Shown in pieces: positions 62,958 through 64,000 of a stretch of DNA of 64,000 nucleotides. Below the pieces are notes generated by a model. It had not been told where the DNA came from. It did no database searches and saw nothing but the letters and a program-made list of their open reading frames with translations. This stretch comes from Octopus sinensis (Eukaryota). The translations under genes and the position numbers were made by a program. Within the stretch, counting starts at the first letter, position 1. Each line of letters begins with the position of its first letter. The stretch lies in the NCBI RefSeq assembly GCF_006345805.1, contig NC_042997.1:111910001-111974000 (forward strand), written 5' to 3'.

Positions 62958-64000
62958 TGTTTTCTTATTTTGGGTCTGTGTTAGCGGTGGTGTTTGTATT
63001 TTTCTCCTCTGTCTAAAAAATGGTTGTCGAGGTAAGGGGTGTATTGTTTATTAAAGTTCTGGTTGTATATGTAGGGGTGTTTTTGGGTGGGGAGGTTGGA
63101 AGGGGGTAGGTAGTTGTAGTACTTATGTTGGTATGGGATGCGATGGTGTAAGGCTTTGTGAGAAATGCGGTGGGTTTGTGGGTGTGCGTATGGTAGATTG
63201 TATGGGGGGATTTAGGGGGGTATGTATCTGTGGTGATTGGGTTCGTGTGGGATGTGAGGGTTTGGAGATCGTTTAACAGAAGCTCTGACAGACTGGAATT
63301 GTAGGCCCGTCTCTTGCAATTTCGATCAATTGGATCTTGTCCTCCTTCTTGTATAGAAGTGTACGGCTGCAGCGAAATTCATTTTTGGACTTTCTTCTAT
63401 CGAAGGCATTTAAAAAAATTGCTTCTGTAAAGACGGTGAAAATATTGTCAATTTTCCCAAACAGGGACAAAATTCAATTTTTAAACAATAACCAAAGCCC
63501 CTTCTCCGAAAGAGGGAGGGTTACGGTTTACAATTATTTAACAAATGCAACAAAACAACGTTTCCCTGACGAGGAGCCAACAAATGTGATTACAATAGTC
63601 AAACAGTAATAATAATAACAACAAGCCTTTTTAATTTATCCCCATTTATGTGAAACCACTTATTCAAATTCAAGTCATTGATGCAATTTTATACGAATTG
63701 CTAATACACACACACACACACGCACATAATAAGGGTGAAAAATTGAATATTAATTTGATTAATATGAACTGAAAACCAGTGGTGTAGCATATAAGACTAT
63801 ATCGGATCTTCTTCTAGCAAAATTCATGACCACTGTTAATGGTTCATCCCTGTTATATAATACTTTCACTGTAATAGTTTCAGTATTAAAGTGAATGTCT
63901 GCATTACAATAGAGATGTTTTTGTTTCACTTTTAACACGTAATACTGAAATAGTGGAGAAGATATGATATTGCTGTGGGGTCGCCCTAGGGACACTCCCC

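Larger units (their letters stand above)
59880..63470 (-). mobile_element. Penelope-like retroelement (EN+), near complete
   Basis: IINLSS...GLKFTPTP N-terminus, RT, Cys-rich linker, GIY-YIG, long 3' UTR with a hammerhead; 5' limit approximate. Confidence 0.92.

Noticed and set aside
63545-63580. CTGACGA and GAAACGTT near the Penelope 5' side
   Set aside because: The two half-motifs lie on opposite strands and do not assemble into a hammerhead.
63778-64000. hAT-like TIR start (cagtggtgtagc)
   Set aside because: Only one short end is visible before the window boundary.

Overview
Repeat-saturated, AT-rich eukaryotic DNA. The microsatellite load and tRNA-derived SINE families look like an octopus genome (inference). 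No host gene can be supported. The window holds: (i) at least three modular tRNA-derived SINE families, labelled A, B and D here; (ii) decayed non-LTR elements (RTE, Tx1/L1, R4/Dong-type RLE); (iii) a near-complete Penelope-like element with RT and GIY-YIG domains; (iv) Helitron derivatives; (v) a nested Tc1/mariner cluster, hAT and foldback MITEs; (vi) a 1.77-kb tandem duplication. Two observations stand out. First, about 17 minimal type-I hammerhead-ribozyme-like motifs from about 9 sequence families, including a recurrent non-canonical CUGUNGA core and a U3-A8 core in the Penelope 3' region. Second, a 2,057-bp ORF1-only, half-L1-like retroelement with a 15-bp target-site duplication splitting a SINE. 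All calls were made by eye without database searches; family labels are local to this report and many boundaries are approximate.
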